The notes under the pieces are model-generated. The model was given only the letters and a program-made list of their open reading frames with translations. It searched no databases and was not told where the DNA came from. 64,000 nt of DNA, from the NCBI GenBank assembly GCA_027484425.1, contig JAIXSZ010000020.1, positions 11,988 through 75,987 of the forward strand, read 5' to 3'. The position numbers and the translations under genes are program-made. Position 1 is the stretch's first letter, and each line of letters starts with the position of its first letter. Positions 1 to 8,689 of the stretch are shown piece by piece. This stretch comes from Sphingobacteriales bacterium (lineage in GTDB: Bacteria; Bacteroidota; Bacteroidia; Chitinophagales; Chitinophagaceae).

Positions 1-703
1 TTATATCGTACGATGGTGTCCAGCCCGCTGCCGGTACCAGATAACTGATTGTTATATCAGAGGTTACGGCTTCTTTCGAGTAGAACTTTACCAGCAACTG
101 CCCACCCGGCTGGTAGCCTTTTGCCTGCTCCTCCTCTAGTTGCAGTTCCAGCTTCGCTATCCGTTCATCTATTGCCACCTTCATCACCTCTAGTTTATTC
201 TTTGCCGTCAGGTAGCTGCCCATCTTACTGCTTACTAGCTCCAGCATCTTCGCCAGTTCTGTTACAGTAAGCCCCGTATTGTAGCCGCTCACCTTACGGT
301 TGTCTTGCAGCACGGCTATTTGCTCTGTCAGCACAGCTATGTTTACGGCTACATCTGCCTTATTTTTCTTCTCAGTTTGTATGCTGTCTTTCAGTATTTT
401 AGCAATGGGCGAATATATTTCTTCCTCCAGATAGTTGTTCTGAAACACTGCCGACTGCACCACCGCACCATTACTGGCACGTATCACCAGGCTCGAGCTA
501 CTCACATTTCCTGCCACATTCGTCAGCATTATTTCGTTTTCGCCTTTGTCTAGTGCTATACTGGCTCGGCTGGTTAGTTCAGCACCCTTCAGAAACACCG
601 TAGCCGTTTCTATGTTCAGTCGTTGCTTTTTCTGCACCTTGGCATAGCCAGTTATAGTTACTAGCAGTATCATGCTCAGCACAGAGATGGATTTCAGTAG
701 CAT
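1..703 (-). CDS. Partial CDS running off the left edge of the window (its 3' end lies beyond position 1). Secreted coiled-coil protein, possibly DUF4139/DUF4140 (MuiA-like) family.
   Basis: Minus-strand frame is open from the ATG (complement of 701-703) to the window edge. Signal-peptide-like N-terminus MLLKSISVLSMILLVTITGYA followed by long coiled-coil stretches. The family assignment is from recalled sequence features only. Confidence 0.4.
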   Translation of the reverse strand, partial: MLLKSISVLSMILLVTITGYAKVQKKQRLNIETATVFLKGAELTSRASIALDKGENEIMLTNVAGNVSSSSLVIRASNGAVVQSAVFQNNYLEEEIYSPIAKILKDSIQTEKKNKADVAVNIAVLTEQIAVLQDNRKVSGYNTGLTVTELAKMLELVSSKMGSYLTAKNKLEVMKVAIDERIAKLELQLEEEQAKGYQPGGQLLVKFYSKEAVTSDITISYLVPAAGWTPSYDI

Positions 704-888
704 ATTTTTCTGTTTTAGGTAAGTAATAAGTGCGCCATTTGCGCTATTAGGTAAATGTACCAAAATATGCTTTGTTCCTTATGTAATCAATTTGCAACCT
801 TTTATCACTAAGTTCATCCGCCTACTGATAACTTACATTTTTCATTGACACATAAAATTTCCTTCCTAAAACCGTTAACTTTGTTGAC

Positions 889-1092
889 ATGAATTCAGCA
901 GAAAAAGAGAAAATCCTAAAAGACATCGAAAAGGGAATCAAGGAGTTTGATTGGATGCAATCTGGCAAGTTGAAATCTCCAAATTTCAATATTGTTTTGC
1001 AAGAACTGAGAACCGAAATAAATAAAGGATGGGACCCACCTGCCAGCAAGCGAAACGTTCAAGATATTATAGATTCAAAAGCTAATAATTAG
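889..1092 (+). CDS. Small hypothetical protein (67 aa)
   Basis: ATG-started ORF in an AT-rich region, helical and charged, no recognisable family. It is the first gene of a same-strand run of small ORFs. Confidence 0.3.
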   Translation: MNSAEKEKILKDIEKGIKEFDWMQSGKLKSPNFNIVLQELRTEINKGWDPPASKRNVQDIIDSKANN

Positions 1093-1172
1093 CCATTAGG
1101 TAGAGTCATTTCATCTTAGTCAGCTAATCTACAATTTCCTTAAGAGAACTGCAAATACCCACAAGTGTAAAT

Positions 1173-1664
1173 ATGGCAAATTGTTTTTGGTCACTTTTAA
1201 TGTTTTTATTTCTTATTGGATGTAGAAGTAGCAATAAATTTGTATCCTTCAACACCTATGTTACTTATACCCAAGGCAAAGAGCAGAAAGTGAGATACAC
1301 AGCAAGAATACCTAAAGGCTTCACAGCTTTTAAAATAGAAGCAGGTGGTGAATATGGCACTGACAAAGCATTTCGTTATCGGGATTCATCCATTATATAC
1401 ATCTCAGATTATCAGCTTTGCGATTTGAACTATGAAAATGTTCAAAAAGCTGGATTGTGGTCGAAGAGATTTACTTATACTAAAATATCTGTGAAATCAA
1501 TTTGCGACACATTAACGTTAGAAGGAATTGACGGCAATGGTTTGTATTGGAAAGAAGTTTTTAGAGGTAAAATTTGTATTGGCTATAGCAAAGTTAACGA
1601 AAGCAATAAAAACTCTTTTGATAAAGCAATAGAGTCTTTTAAATGTCGACACAGGTTGTGGTGA
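1173..1664 (+). CDS. Hypothetical lipoprotein (163 aa)
   Basis: N-terminal signal peptide with a lipobox-like LIGC (MANCFWSLLMFLFLIGCRSS). No family recognised. Confidence 0.5.
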   Translation: MANCFWSLLMFLFLIGCRSSNKFVSFNTYVTYTQGKEQKVRYTARIPKGFTAFKIEAGGEYGTDKAFRYRDSSIIYISDYQLCDLNYENVQKAGLWSKRFTYTKISVKSICDTLTLEGIDGNGLYWKEVFRGKICIGYSKVNESNKNSFDKAIESFKCRHRLW

Positions 1665-1719
1665 AAAAATAAAGTAAGTCCATTGGAGGTTTGCATAATT
1701 TCACAAGCAGATAATCACT

Positions 1720-2547
1720 ATGAGCAGAAATGAATGGACTACAGAAAAATTAATCTCCCGCCTTCTCACTAATAAGTCTGAGAAAACTTACTGGAATAAC
1801 ATTAGAGTTTTACGTAGTAGACCCACCATAGAAGTCTTAAACAGTTCTATAGAATTAACGCACCGTAGTGACGCAAAAGCCAGAAGAATCGGCATTGATG
1901 TTTTGGCTCAATTAGGTACCCCACCAAGGCCATTTTATGACCAAAGCAATAAATGTTTTTTTGAACTCTTGAATATAGAGAACGACCCAAAAGTATTAAT
2001 GTCTTTATTTTATGCCATTGGTCATAACAACGAAAAACTAAGTAATATACAAATAGAAAAGCTTTGCGAATTTTTTGACTCCCCAAACGAACTAGTTATT
2101 GAAGGATTAGTTCATGCATTATTAGGTGTAGACAAACCAAAAGCAATTGATGCGCTGATTAAACTTTCTACGCACAAATTATCTCATATCAGAGACTGGG
2201 CAACTTTCGGTTTAGGGTCTCTTGTAGAAAGAGAAAATAAAAAAATAAGAGTTGCATTGTGCAACAGGGTAAACGACAAACATAAAGACACAAAAGCTGA
2301 AGCTATCCTTGGTCTTGCCTTACGCAATGATTCTGGCATTGTAGACATTATACATCGAGAAGTGCTCACCGAAGAGTATGATACTATGTTGTTAGAAGCC
2401 ATTATTGCAATTAATGGCATTGATCTTTTACCAGTTTTAGAGCATCATTTAGCCAAAGTGCGAAACAATCAAGAAATTAATCCTACTTGGCTTAGTGGCC
2501 TCAAAAACTGTATATTGGAATTGCGTAAGAAAGCAACTAGTGAATAG
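1720..2547 (+). CDS. HEAT / PBS-lyase-like repeat protein (275 aa)
   Basis: Repeated ~30-aa helical units (ARRIGIDVLAQLG, VIEGLVHALLG, IRDWATFGLG, AILGLAL) typical of HEAT_2 repeats. It starts 55 bp after the preceding ORF on the same strand. Confidence 0.5.
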   Translation: MSRNEWTTEKLISRLLTNKSEKTYWNNIRVLRSRPTIEVLNSSIELTHRSDAKARRIGIDVLAQLGTPPRPFYDQSNKCFFELLNIENDPKVLMSLFYAIGHNNEKLSNIQIEKLCEFFDSPNELVIEGLVHALLGVDKPKAIDALIKLSTHKLSHIRDWATFGLGSLVERENKKIRVALCNRVNDKHKDTKAEAILGLALRNDSGIVDIIHREVLTEEYDTMLLEAIIAINGIDLLPVLEHHLAKVRNNQEINPTWLSGLKNCILELRKKATSE

Positions 2548-2703
2548 TTGTAATCTTGTCACTCTGCCGGGTAGAATCCTTTTTACTGGTGGCTTTTTTG
2601 TTCGATAATTCCCACTTTGCTTCATTAGCATTATGTTTGTATTTAATGTCATTATGATAAGTCCTATTTTTACATACATTAAGGCTGTTTAACCAAACCG
2701 GAT

Positions 2704-3231
2704 ATGGAAACAAGAATATTCTATTATTCTAAAGGCAGTAGCACGTTCTATTTTACTGCAATTGTCTTAGTAGCAGGATTGTCACTTTGGGCTCTTCTCT
2801 CTGATGACGTAACAATCGGCAAAAGGATATTTGCAGGGATTTTGCTACCAGGGTCCCTTTACATGGCTTATAGGAATTTCAAAAACTCTATCAAACCAGC
2901 ATATAAGAAAAAACCTGCGCTGATAATGGATGAAAAAGGTGTCTATATTGATGATATGCAGATAACAATATCATGGGATAACATTAGCAGCGTAAAGATG
3001 GATCGAGTTGGGAGACAAGGAGATTGGATATTCTTGTACATAATAAATAAGCACGCCATTAGCTACCAATTAAACAGAGATTTCAGTAGCGACTACATTA
3101 ATATTATTCCTTTTGATTATGCTGATGGTTGGGCTATTTTCGATGCACTTAAAGCATTCTGTGGTAAATACAGGCCTAGTGAAGTACTATTCAGCGGATA
3201 CAAACCCGAAACTTGGCCATCTGAGGGTTGA
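2704..3231 (+). CDS. Hypothetical membrane protein (175 aa), 2 TM plus a PH-like soluble domain
   Basis: Two hydrophobic helices near the N-terminus (FYFTAIVLVAGLSLWALL, IFAGILLPGSLYMAY), followed by a basic linker and a globular C-terminal domain. Confidence 0.45.
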   Translation: METRIFYYSKGSSTFYFTAIVLVAGLSLWALLSDDVTIGKRIFAGILLPGSLYMAYRNFKNSIKPAYKKKPALIMDEKGVYIDDMQITISWDNISSVKMDRVGRQGDWIFLYIINKHAISYQLNRDFSSDYINIIPFDYADGWAIFDALKAFCGKYRPSEVLFSGYKPETWPSEG

Positions 3232-3360
3232 ACTTTTTGTGTTTATAATCTTATGTCCCCGTTCTTCCAGTTCCGCCGTTGTCGGTGTTCCTCACCAACA
3301 ACGCTCGAGCAGGACAGATAACACTCAGATAAGACTAGTATCCATTGTCCGATAGCTGCC

Positions 3361-3433
3361 TCAAGTTGTTCCGAAGGGTCAACTGGAACTGCAAATAAAA
3401 ATCGTTCTCCCGAACGCATTCATTTGCCTGTAG
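3361..3433. repeat. Dispersed intergenic repeat, copy A (diverged, 5'-truncated)
   Basis: The core ...GTTCCGAAGGGTCAACTGGAACTGCAAATAAAAATCGTTCTCCCGAACGC... matches copies at 4441-4520 and 6481-6565. Confidence 0.6.
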
Positions 3434-3639
3434 CTAAATGAGTGCACCTTTCTCACTGGATTTTGTTTGTAGCCTAGCATTGTGTATTGGCTACCTTTTG
3501 CCCGCTATTTCCCCCAAAAACAGTTTGTAATTATTTCTCTCACCGGCTTCCAGTCTAGACACTGTGCCTTTGCTAACTAGTACCTCACACAATGAAGTCA
3601 GCTCGTAAATTCCAAACCCATCCTATCACTACTTCATCG

Positions 3640-4164
3640 TTACTTACTCACAGCTAATCTTTCAGCAAAAGCAGTAAATTCCTCACTTGCCCTATCTTTG
3701 TTTATGTTGTGTATTGACGTTAAGTACCCCATAAATGTATGTAGCACACTGCCATCCATTTGAGGTAAATCTACTTTTACTCTATTATCCAAGATTAATG
3801 CTGAGACAGTAGTCAAATTAAGCCATGTATTGAAGATTTTATTTCTGCCATTTTGTTTATTATCCACATAGTCACAATGATATAATAGAACTACCCCCGA
3901 GCCACGCTCTTCTACAAAATCAATCACTATTTTAGCTATTGTTACTCCTATCAAAGGATCTTTGTCCCAGTTTTTAGACTTGAGAACCCTATTAAACCCA
4001 AAACCATAGCCTTGTGTAAACAATCCTGGATACTCAGATAGGTATTTAACATACTGGTATGGGTCGAAGTAAACCGAGTACAATGAACCGTTATGAGTAA
4101 GAAAAGAATAAGAAATGATGTCTTCGTTATCTTCTTCCTGTATGTATGAATAAAAATCTTCCAA
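3640..4164 (-). CDS. Hypothetical protein (174 aa), TTG start, translationally coupled to the upstream 45-aa ORF
   Basis: The ORF begins with TTG immediately after the TAA of the preceding small ORF (GGT TAA TTG). No family recognised. Aromatic-rich, contains HCDY and GFGFN motifs. Confidence 0.45.
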   Translation of the reverse strand: MEDFYSYIQEEDNEDIISYSFLTHNGSLYSVYFDPYQYVKYLSEYPGLFTQGYGFGFNRVLKSKNWDKDPLIGVTIAKIVIDFVEERGSGVVLLYHCDYVDNKQNGRNKIFNTWLNLTTVSALILDNRVKVDLPQMDGSVLHTFMGYLTSIHNINKDRASEEFTAFAERLAVSK

Positions 4165-4302
4165 TTAACCTTTATGTTTAGTTAATCGTTTCAAAGCCTT
4201 TTCTTCCAACATTTTTTTTATTTCAGCTTTTCTTTTTGCTATGTCTTCAAAGAAAGAAATAGCCTCTTTATTGCTTGGCGATATAACTATCTTTTTTAGC
4301 AT
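4165..4302 (-). CDS. Small hypothetical protein (45 aa), first gene of a coupled two-gene cassette
   Basis: Hand-translated: MLKKIVISPSNKEAISFFEDIAKRKAEIKKMLEEKALKRLTKHKG. ATG is the complement of 4300-4302, and the TAA abuts the TTG start of the 174-aa ORF. A TAATTTTG (-7-like) motif lies ~40 bp upstream on the minus strand. Confidence 0.3.
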   Translation of the reverse strand: MLKKIVISPSNKEAISFFEDIAKRKAEIKKMLEEKALKRLTKHKG

Positions 4303-4440
4303 TTCGAATGATTTTAATTTCTATTTATACAGCAAAATTACTCCTTTTTATCATAATATTTGAATCCCGCTCGGAGTATTATAACAAGTTTGTAATAAAG
4401 CTTGGCGTAAGTTTTCTCTACCTCACACACTTTGCCGTTG

Positions 4441-4520
4441 GTTGTATCGTTGTTCCAGTTGTTCCGCAGGGTCAACTGAAACTACCAATAAAAATCGTTC
4501 ACCCGTACGCCTTCAATTTC
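4441..4520. repeat. Dispersed intergenic repeat, copy B
   Basis: ATCGTTGTTCCAGTTGTTCCGCAGGGTCAACTGAAACTACCAATAAAAATCGTTCACCCGTACGCCTTCAATTTCTTGCAGCTTAAT. Near-identical to copy C. Confidence 0.7.
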
Positions 4521-4679
4521 TTGCAGCTTAATAATTTCTTCCATCAGTCATTCCCACTCTATCCTTGCTTAACGCTCAGGCCTGATTACTGCAAGTGTCG
4601 ATTACGAAAACCCTATCCACATAGGTTTTTTCCACCTAGCACCAATAAAGAATTCAGCGAAAATGGCTGATTAGGCTGC

Positions 4680-6365
4680 TTATTCTTTTAGAATTTTGAA
4701 TACATAAGTTTGGTTACTGGTATAAATGCGGCAAATGTGGATGCCGTTGGGTAAATCCTTTATCGGTACATGTGGCGTACGCCCGTTAAGCGTATAGGTG
4801 CCAATTACCTGTCCGCCAAGGCTTATAATATCAAGCCTGGTATCTATAAATGCATAGTTGGCGGCAATAGTGATTTCGCTAGAGGCAGGGTTGGGATAAA
4901 CAAGTAGTTCTTTCAGATCATTATTCACATTCGTTACTGACGTATGATGGTCTACAGGCGGCAGCGTATCAGGCACACAACCCGGAAGGTTATACCTATA
5001 TGCCCCAACAAAAAATACCTGACTTATACCATCTGTTACCACAACACTGTCGAAACCAAGTTTTATTGAACAAACGCTGGCATCAGAAACCACATACACG
5101 CTTCCTTTATTATCGACAGCTACAGAAGAACCATCGTCGCCACCAGTATTGATAAATACGGTATCTATTAGATTGCCCGCTGTATCAAAATGAGCGAGGT
5201 ACATTGGGTTTGAGGGCGATCCGATAGAATGCCCACCCTGACCGCACATCCAAATATCATCACAATCATCTACCTCTAACTGGCAAAGTGAAAATATAGT
5301 GTTATCTTCAATGGTCTTTGCCCATCGTACACGGCCTGATGTATCGTATTTCGCAACAAACATTCTGCGCCTTCCAAATGAATAAGGTAAAGTAATTGTG
5401 TCAAGCGTAAGGTTGTTCACATAATTGCCTCCGATGTACAAATTTCCTTCTGGGTCAGCAGAACAACTGACTGCTCTTGTAGCAAAAGTATCCGCTACTA
5501 TTCCTTGTGCCCATAGTGGATTCCCGTCCTTGTCTGTTTTGGCTATAAAAAAGTATGTTTCAACACCCGAAGTTGGGTTGTAAATTGTAGATGCACCAAA
5601 TGAAAATGAATCTGACGTGTATCCACCCATCATATATATCATGCTGTCATCAGTCAATGCCAACTCGTAAATTTCATCATAAGTTCCATTACCCCCATAG
5701 CCCTTCGCCCAATGGTAGTTAAGTTCTGCGTCAGACTTGGCTACGAAAACATCTCCGCCGCCTAATGGAGTCGGAAGGGCAGAACTGCCCAACACCACGC
5801 CAGTACCATAAAGACCACCAATATACATCATTCCACTACTGTTTATCTTGATGCTGCGTGGAAATGCGCCAAAAGGGAATTTTTTTACCCAAGCTACAAC
5901 GCCTGCAGATGAAACCTTTGCACAAAAGTAAAAATTAGTGGAAGGGGATGTAACCAAAAAGCCCCCAAAATCAAAACTACCGCTTGAACATTCCCCTAAC
6001 AAATAAACATTTCCACGATTGTCAGCTTCTAAGTCTAAAATTGAGGTGCGACCATCTAGCATAGGACGAACCCACTTGTAGTTTCCCAAACTATCAGTAC
6101 AAACAATAACACTTTTGAATCCAATACCAGATGCATCTTCTACTGTATCGGTACCAAAAATTGCTATCAATGGGCTTACAGGTGTGGTTGCGTTCTGCCA
6201 TAACCATGTCGAAGCATATACATTTCCAAAGGTATCAGCTTCCACAACGCCACCTTCAGTACTTGCTCCTGGGCAATTACCGACTGATGCAAACCTCCAA
6301 CCTTGTGCGAATGAATTACTTACAAATAGAATTAAAATTACGAATGTAATAAAAGGACTTTTCAT
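4680..6365 (-). CDS. Secreted SBBP beta-propeller-repeat protein with T9SS type-A C-terminal sorting domain (561 aa)
   Basis: Signal peptide MKSPFITFVILILFVSNSFAQ. Repeated GNVY..G/SBBP-like motifs. C-terminus LVYPNPASSEITIA...GIHICRIYTSNQTYVFKILKE is typical of the Por/T9SS CTD. Confidence 0.75.
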   Translation of the reverse strand: MKSPFITFVILILFVSNSFAQGWRFASVGNCPGASTEGGVVEADTFGNVYASTWLWQNATTPVSPLIAIFGTDTVEDASGIGFKSVIVCTDSLGNYKWVRPMLDGRTSILDLEADNRGNVYLLGECSSGSFDFGGFLVTSPSTNFYFCAKVSSAGVVAWVKKFPFGAFPRSIKINSSGMMYIGGLYGTGVVLGSSALPTPLGGGDVFVAKSDAELNYHWAKGYGGNGTYDEIYELALTDDSMIYMMGGYTSDSFSFGASTIYNPTSGVETYFFIAKTDKDGNPLWAQGIVADTFATRAVSCSADPEGNLYIGGNYVNNLTLDTITLPYSFGRRRMFVAKYDTSGRVRWAKTIEDNTIFSLCQLEVDDCDDIWMCGQGGHSIGSPSNPMYLAHFDTAGNLIDTVFINTGGDDGSSVAVDNKGSVYVVSDASVCSIKLGFDSVVVTDGISQVFFVGAYRYNLPGCVPDTLPPVDHHTSVTNVNNDLKELLVYPNPASSEITIAANYAFIDTRLDIISLGGQVIGTYTLNGRTPHVPIKDLPNGIHICRIYTSNQTYVFKILKE

Positions 6366-6480
6366 AAAAGGTATATTTTACTGTTAAAAATGGGTGTACT
6401 TATCAAAGTTACCTTCATTGACGTGGTGTATAGGCAAACCGTTAGTATAAATAGAAAAATTTTCGCAGGCTATCGTACCA

Positions 6481-6565
6481 AACTCGATCGTTGTTCCATT
6501 TGTTCCGCAGGGTCAACCAGAACTACCAATAAAAATCGTTCTCCCGAACGCCTTCACTTTCTACC
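6481..6565. repeat. Dispersed intergenic repeat, copy C
   Basis: ATCGTTGTTCCATTTGTTCCGCAGGGTCAACCAGAACTACCAATAAAAATCGTTCTCCCGAACGCCTTCACTTTCTACCAGCTTAAT. Confidence 0.7.
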
Positions 6566-6896
6566 AGCTTAATCATTTCCGGCGCTTTGGGTGCTCCTCA
6601 ACATCGAATAGCACTTGACAGTATAATAGTAGGAACAAACATATCCTTCACTTACCAAAATTCCACATCTCAAAATGTGGATATCTTATTCTCTGCTACT
6701 ACCCATAATGGCTGACATTGGCGCACTTTTTGCGGCAGCAGTAGAGCGTAGTCTATTTATCCATTACCCTATTAAACCCACAATCATTATGTCAGCATGT
6801 TACATCCCCAATTCGCTACAACAAACATTACCCCCTATACCATCGTGCCCAACCTCACCACATAAAACCAACCTGCAAACACCCACTATCAGCAAA

Positions 6897-7915
6897 AATG
6901 AATAGCATTGATAATCAACTACTTACACCCAAAAACACATGAAATGACCGGAAACAAACCGGAAAAACCAGAAATGAACAATAAACCAAATATGACAACA
7001 AAACCACAGCATCCTGCGACCCGCATCCTGTAAATCCTAAAATTCTGTAAATCCTGATTCAGACAAAAACACCATCATACCGGAAAAAATGAATAGTATT
7101 GATAATCAACGAGTTACACCAAAAAACACATGAAATGACCGGAAACAAACCGGAAAAACTAGAAATGAACAATAAACCAAATATGACGACAAAACGACAG
7201 CACCTACACATATTTAGCAAATCGGCAGCAGGAACACCGCAACAAACTGTCAACTTATTTCGGGACTATTCAAACGGCCCACATCCTGTAAATCTTAAAA
7301 TCCTGTAAATCCTGATTCAGACAAAAACCCACCGGAAAATGCATGCACACCGGAAAAGTGAATAGCATTGATAATCAACTACTTACACCCCAAAACCCAT
7401 GAAAACACCGGCAAATAACCGGCAAAACTGGAAATGAACAATAAACTAAATATGAAAGCAAAACCACAGCATCCTGCGACCCGCATCCTGTAAATCCTAA
7501 AATCCTGTAAATCCTGATTCAGACTAAAACACAATACAAACCGGAAAAATGAATAGTATTGATAATCAACAACTTAAGTACCAAAACACATGAAAACACC
7601 GGAAACAAACCAGAAAAACCTATCAGTAGCCATAGCTATTTAGCGACGGCTACAGAAATGAACAATAAACCAAATATGACGACAAAACGACAGCACCTAC
7701 ACATATTTAGCAAATCGGCAGCAGGAACACCGCAACAAACTATCAACTTATTTCGGGACTATTCAAACGGCCCACATCCTGTAAATCCTGATTCAGACAA
7801 AACCCACCACAAAATGCATGCACACCGGAAAAATGAATAGCATTGATAATCAACAACTTAAGTGCCAAAACACATGAAAACACCGGAAACAAACCGGAAA
7901 TACATATTTGCTTCC
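6897..7915. repeat. Complex tandem repeat array, about 4.4 units. Short (~190 bp) and long (~270-285 bp) unit variants alternate.
   Basis: Units start near 6897, 7089, 7359, 7549 and 7833 (partial). Each begins (A)ATGAATAG(C/T)ATTGATAATCAAC and ends ACCGGAAAA. The short variant carries CCACAGCATCCTGCGACCCGCATCCTG, the long variant CGACAGCACCTACACATATTTAGCAAATCGGCAGCAGGAACACCGCAACAAACT. ORFs 7099..7308 and 7559..7840 are translations of the repeat. Confidence 0.85.
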
Positions 7916-7925
7916 CCGCTTATTG

Positions 7926-8402
7926 TTATGTCACTCTCGAGTGCAGATAATTGCAGCAATATATCAACAGCAGCAAAAACTCAGGCTTATTCATCTCTGG
8001 GTAGTTGTCGTCCGTTTCTATTTGGTAGTGAAAGCTGAACTCAGCTATTTTAAAATGTTGATGCACCATAGCCGTTTCATGCTCATGTTCATTAATCACC
8101 CCAAAGTGATAATTGAAAAAACCCACACGCTTAAAGGCATACGAGCTGCCATTTTCCAGCTCTATTATTATTTGACCTTTCCAGTTAAATCTTAATGATG
8201 CCTCTTTACGTTCACCATCAAAAACCGAAACACTGGTATGAAACGCACCCTGAGGATTCAACTGATAGATTTTGCCTTCTGGCAATTGTATTTCTGCCTT
8301 TATCGAAAACCAGGAAGTATAATCCAGTTTGCCCAGCGATGTGCCGCTTTCATCCTGCAATTCAAAAAAACTATTCCTCGTCCCTTTAGCCGAAAACTTC
8401 AT
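7926..8402 (-). CDS. Hypothetical protein (158 aa)
   Basis: ORF with ATG start and no recognisable family. Its 3' end abuts the tandem array. Confidence 0.4.
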   Translation of the reverse strand: MKFSAKGTRNSFFELQDESGTSLGKLDYTSWFSIKAEIQLPEGKIYQLNPQGAFHTSVSVFDGERKEASLRFNWKGQIIIELENGSSYAFKRVGFFNYHFGVINEHEHETAMVHQHFKIAEFSFHYQIETDDNYPEMNKPEFLLLLIYCCNYLHSRVT

Positions 8403-8689
8403 AGTACACCATTTTTTACAAACTCTAATATATAACCTTCACCCCAATTAATACAATATGACTGATAAGATATTTTGCCAATTCATAATTCTACCGCACC
8501 TATTTTCCGCTCAGCATACACTATTATCTATCTGTAATGTCTTTACATAGAGTATTATAAGCAAAATTTGAAAGAATATAATAAAAAAATGGGGGTAATA
8601 TGGTAATAACTATATAAAATCTCAATTTTTCCCATAAATTTGCCGACCTTGACAAAAATACTTAGTACAAAACACAATACAAACCTACA

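Noticed and set aside
3361-6565. Integron (attC sites) interpretation of the dispersed repeats
   Set aside because: No intI integrase or attI/Pc region is present in the window, and the repeats lack the clear R''-L''/L'-R' inverted-repeat architecture of attC sites.
7099-7840. ORFs 7099..7308 (69 aa) and 7559..7840 (93 aa) with near-identical products (MIINELHQKTHEMTGNKPEK.../MIINNLSTKTHENTGNKPEK...)
   Set aside because: They are translations of successive units of the tandem repeat array. They are low-complexity and have no start context, so the duplication of the ORF is explained by the DNA repeat. They are kept only as an alternative hypothesis in the finding.
6897-7915. CRISPR array
   Set aside because: Units are 190-285 bp, far longer than CRISPR repeats. 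The variable segments alternate between only two sequences rather than being unique spacers. No cas genes are nearby.
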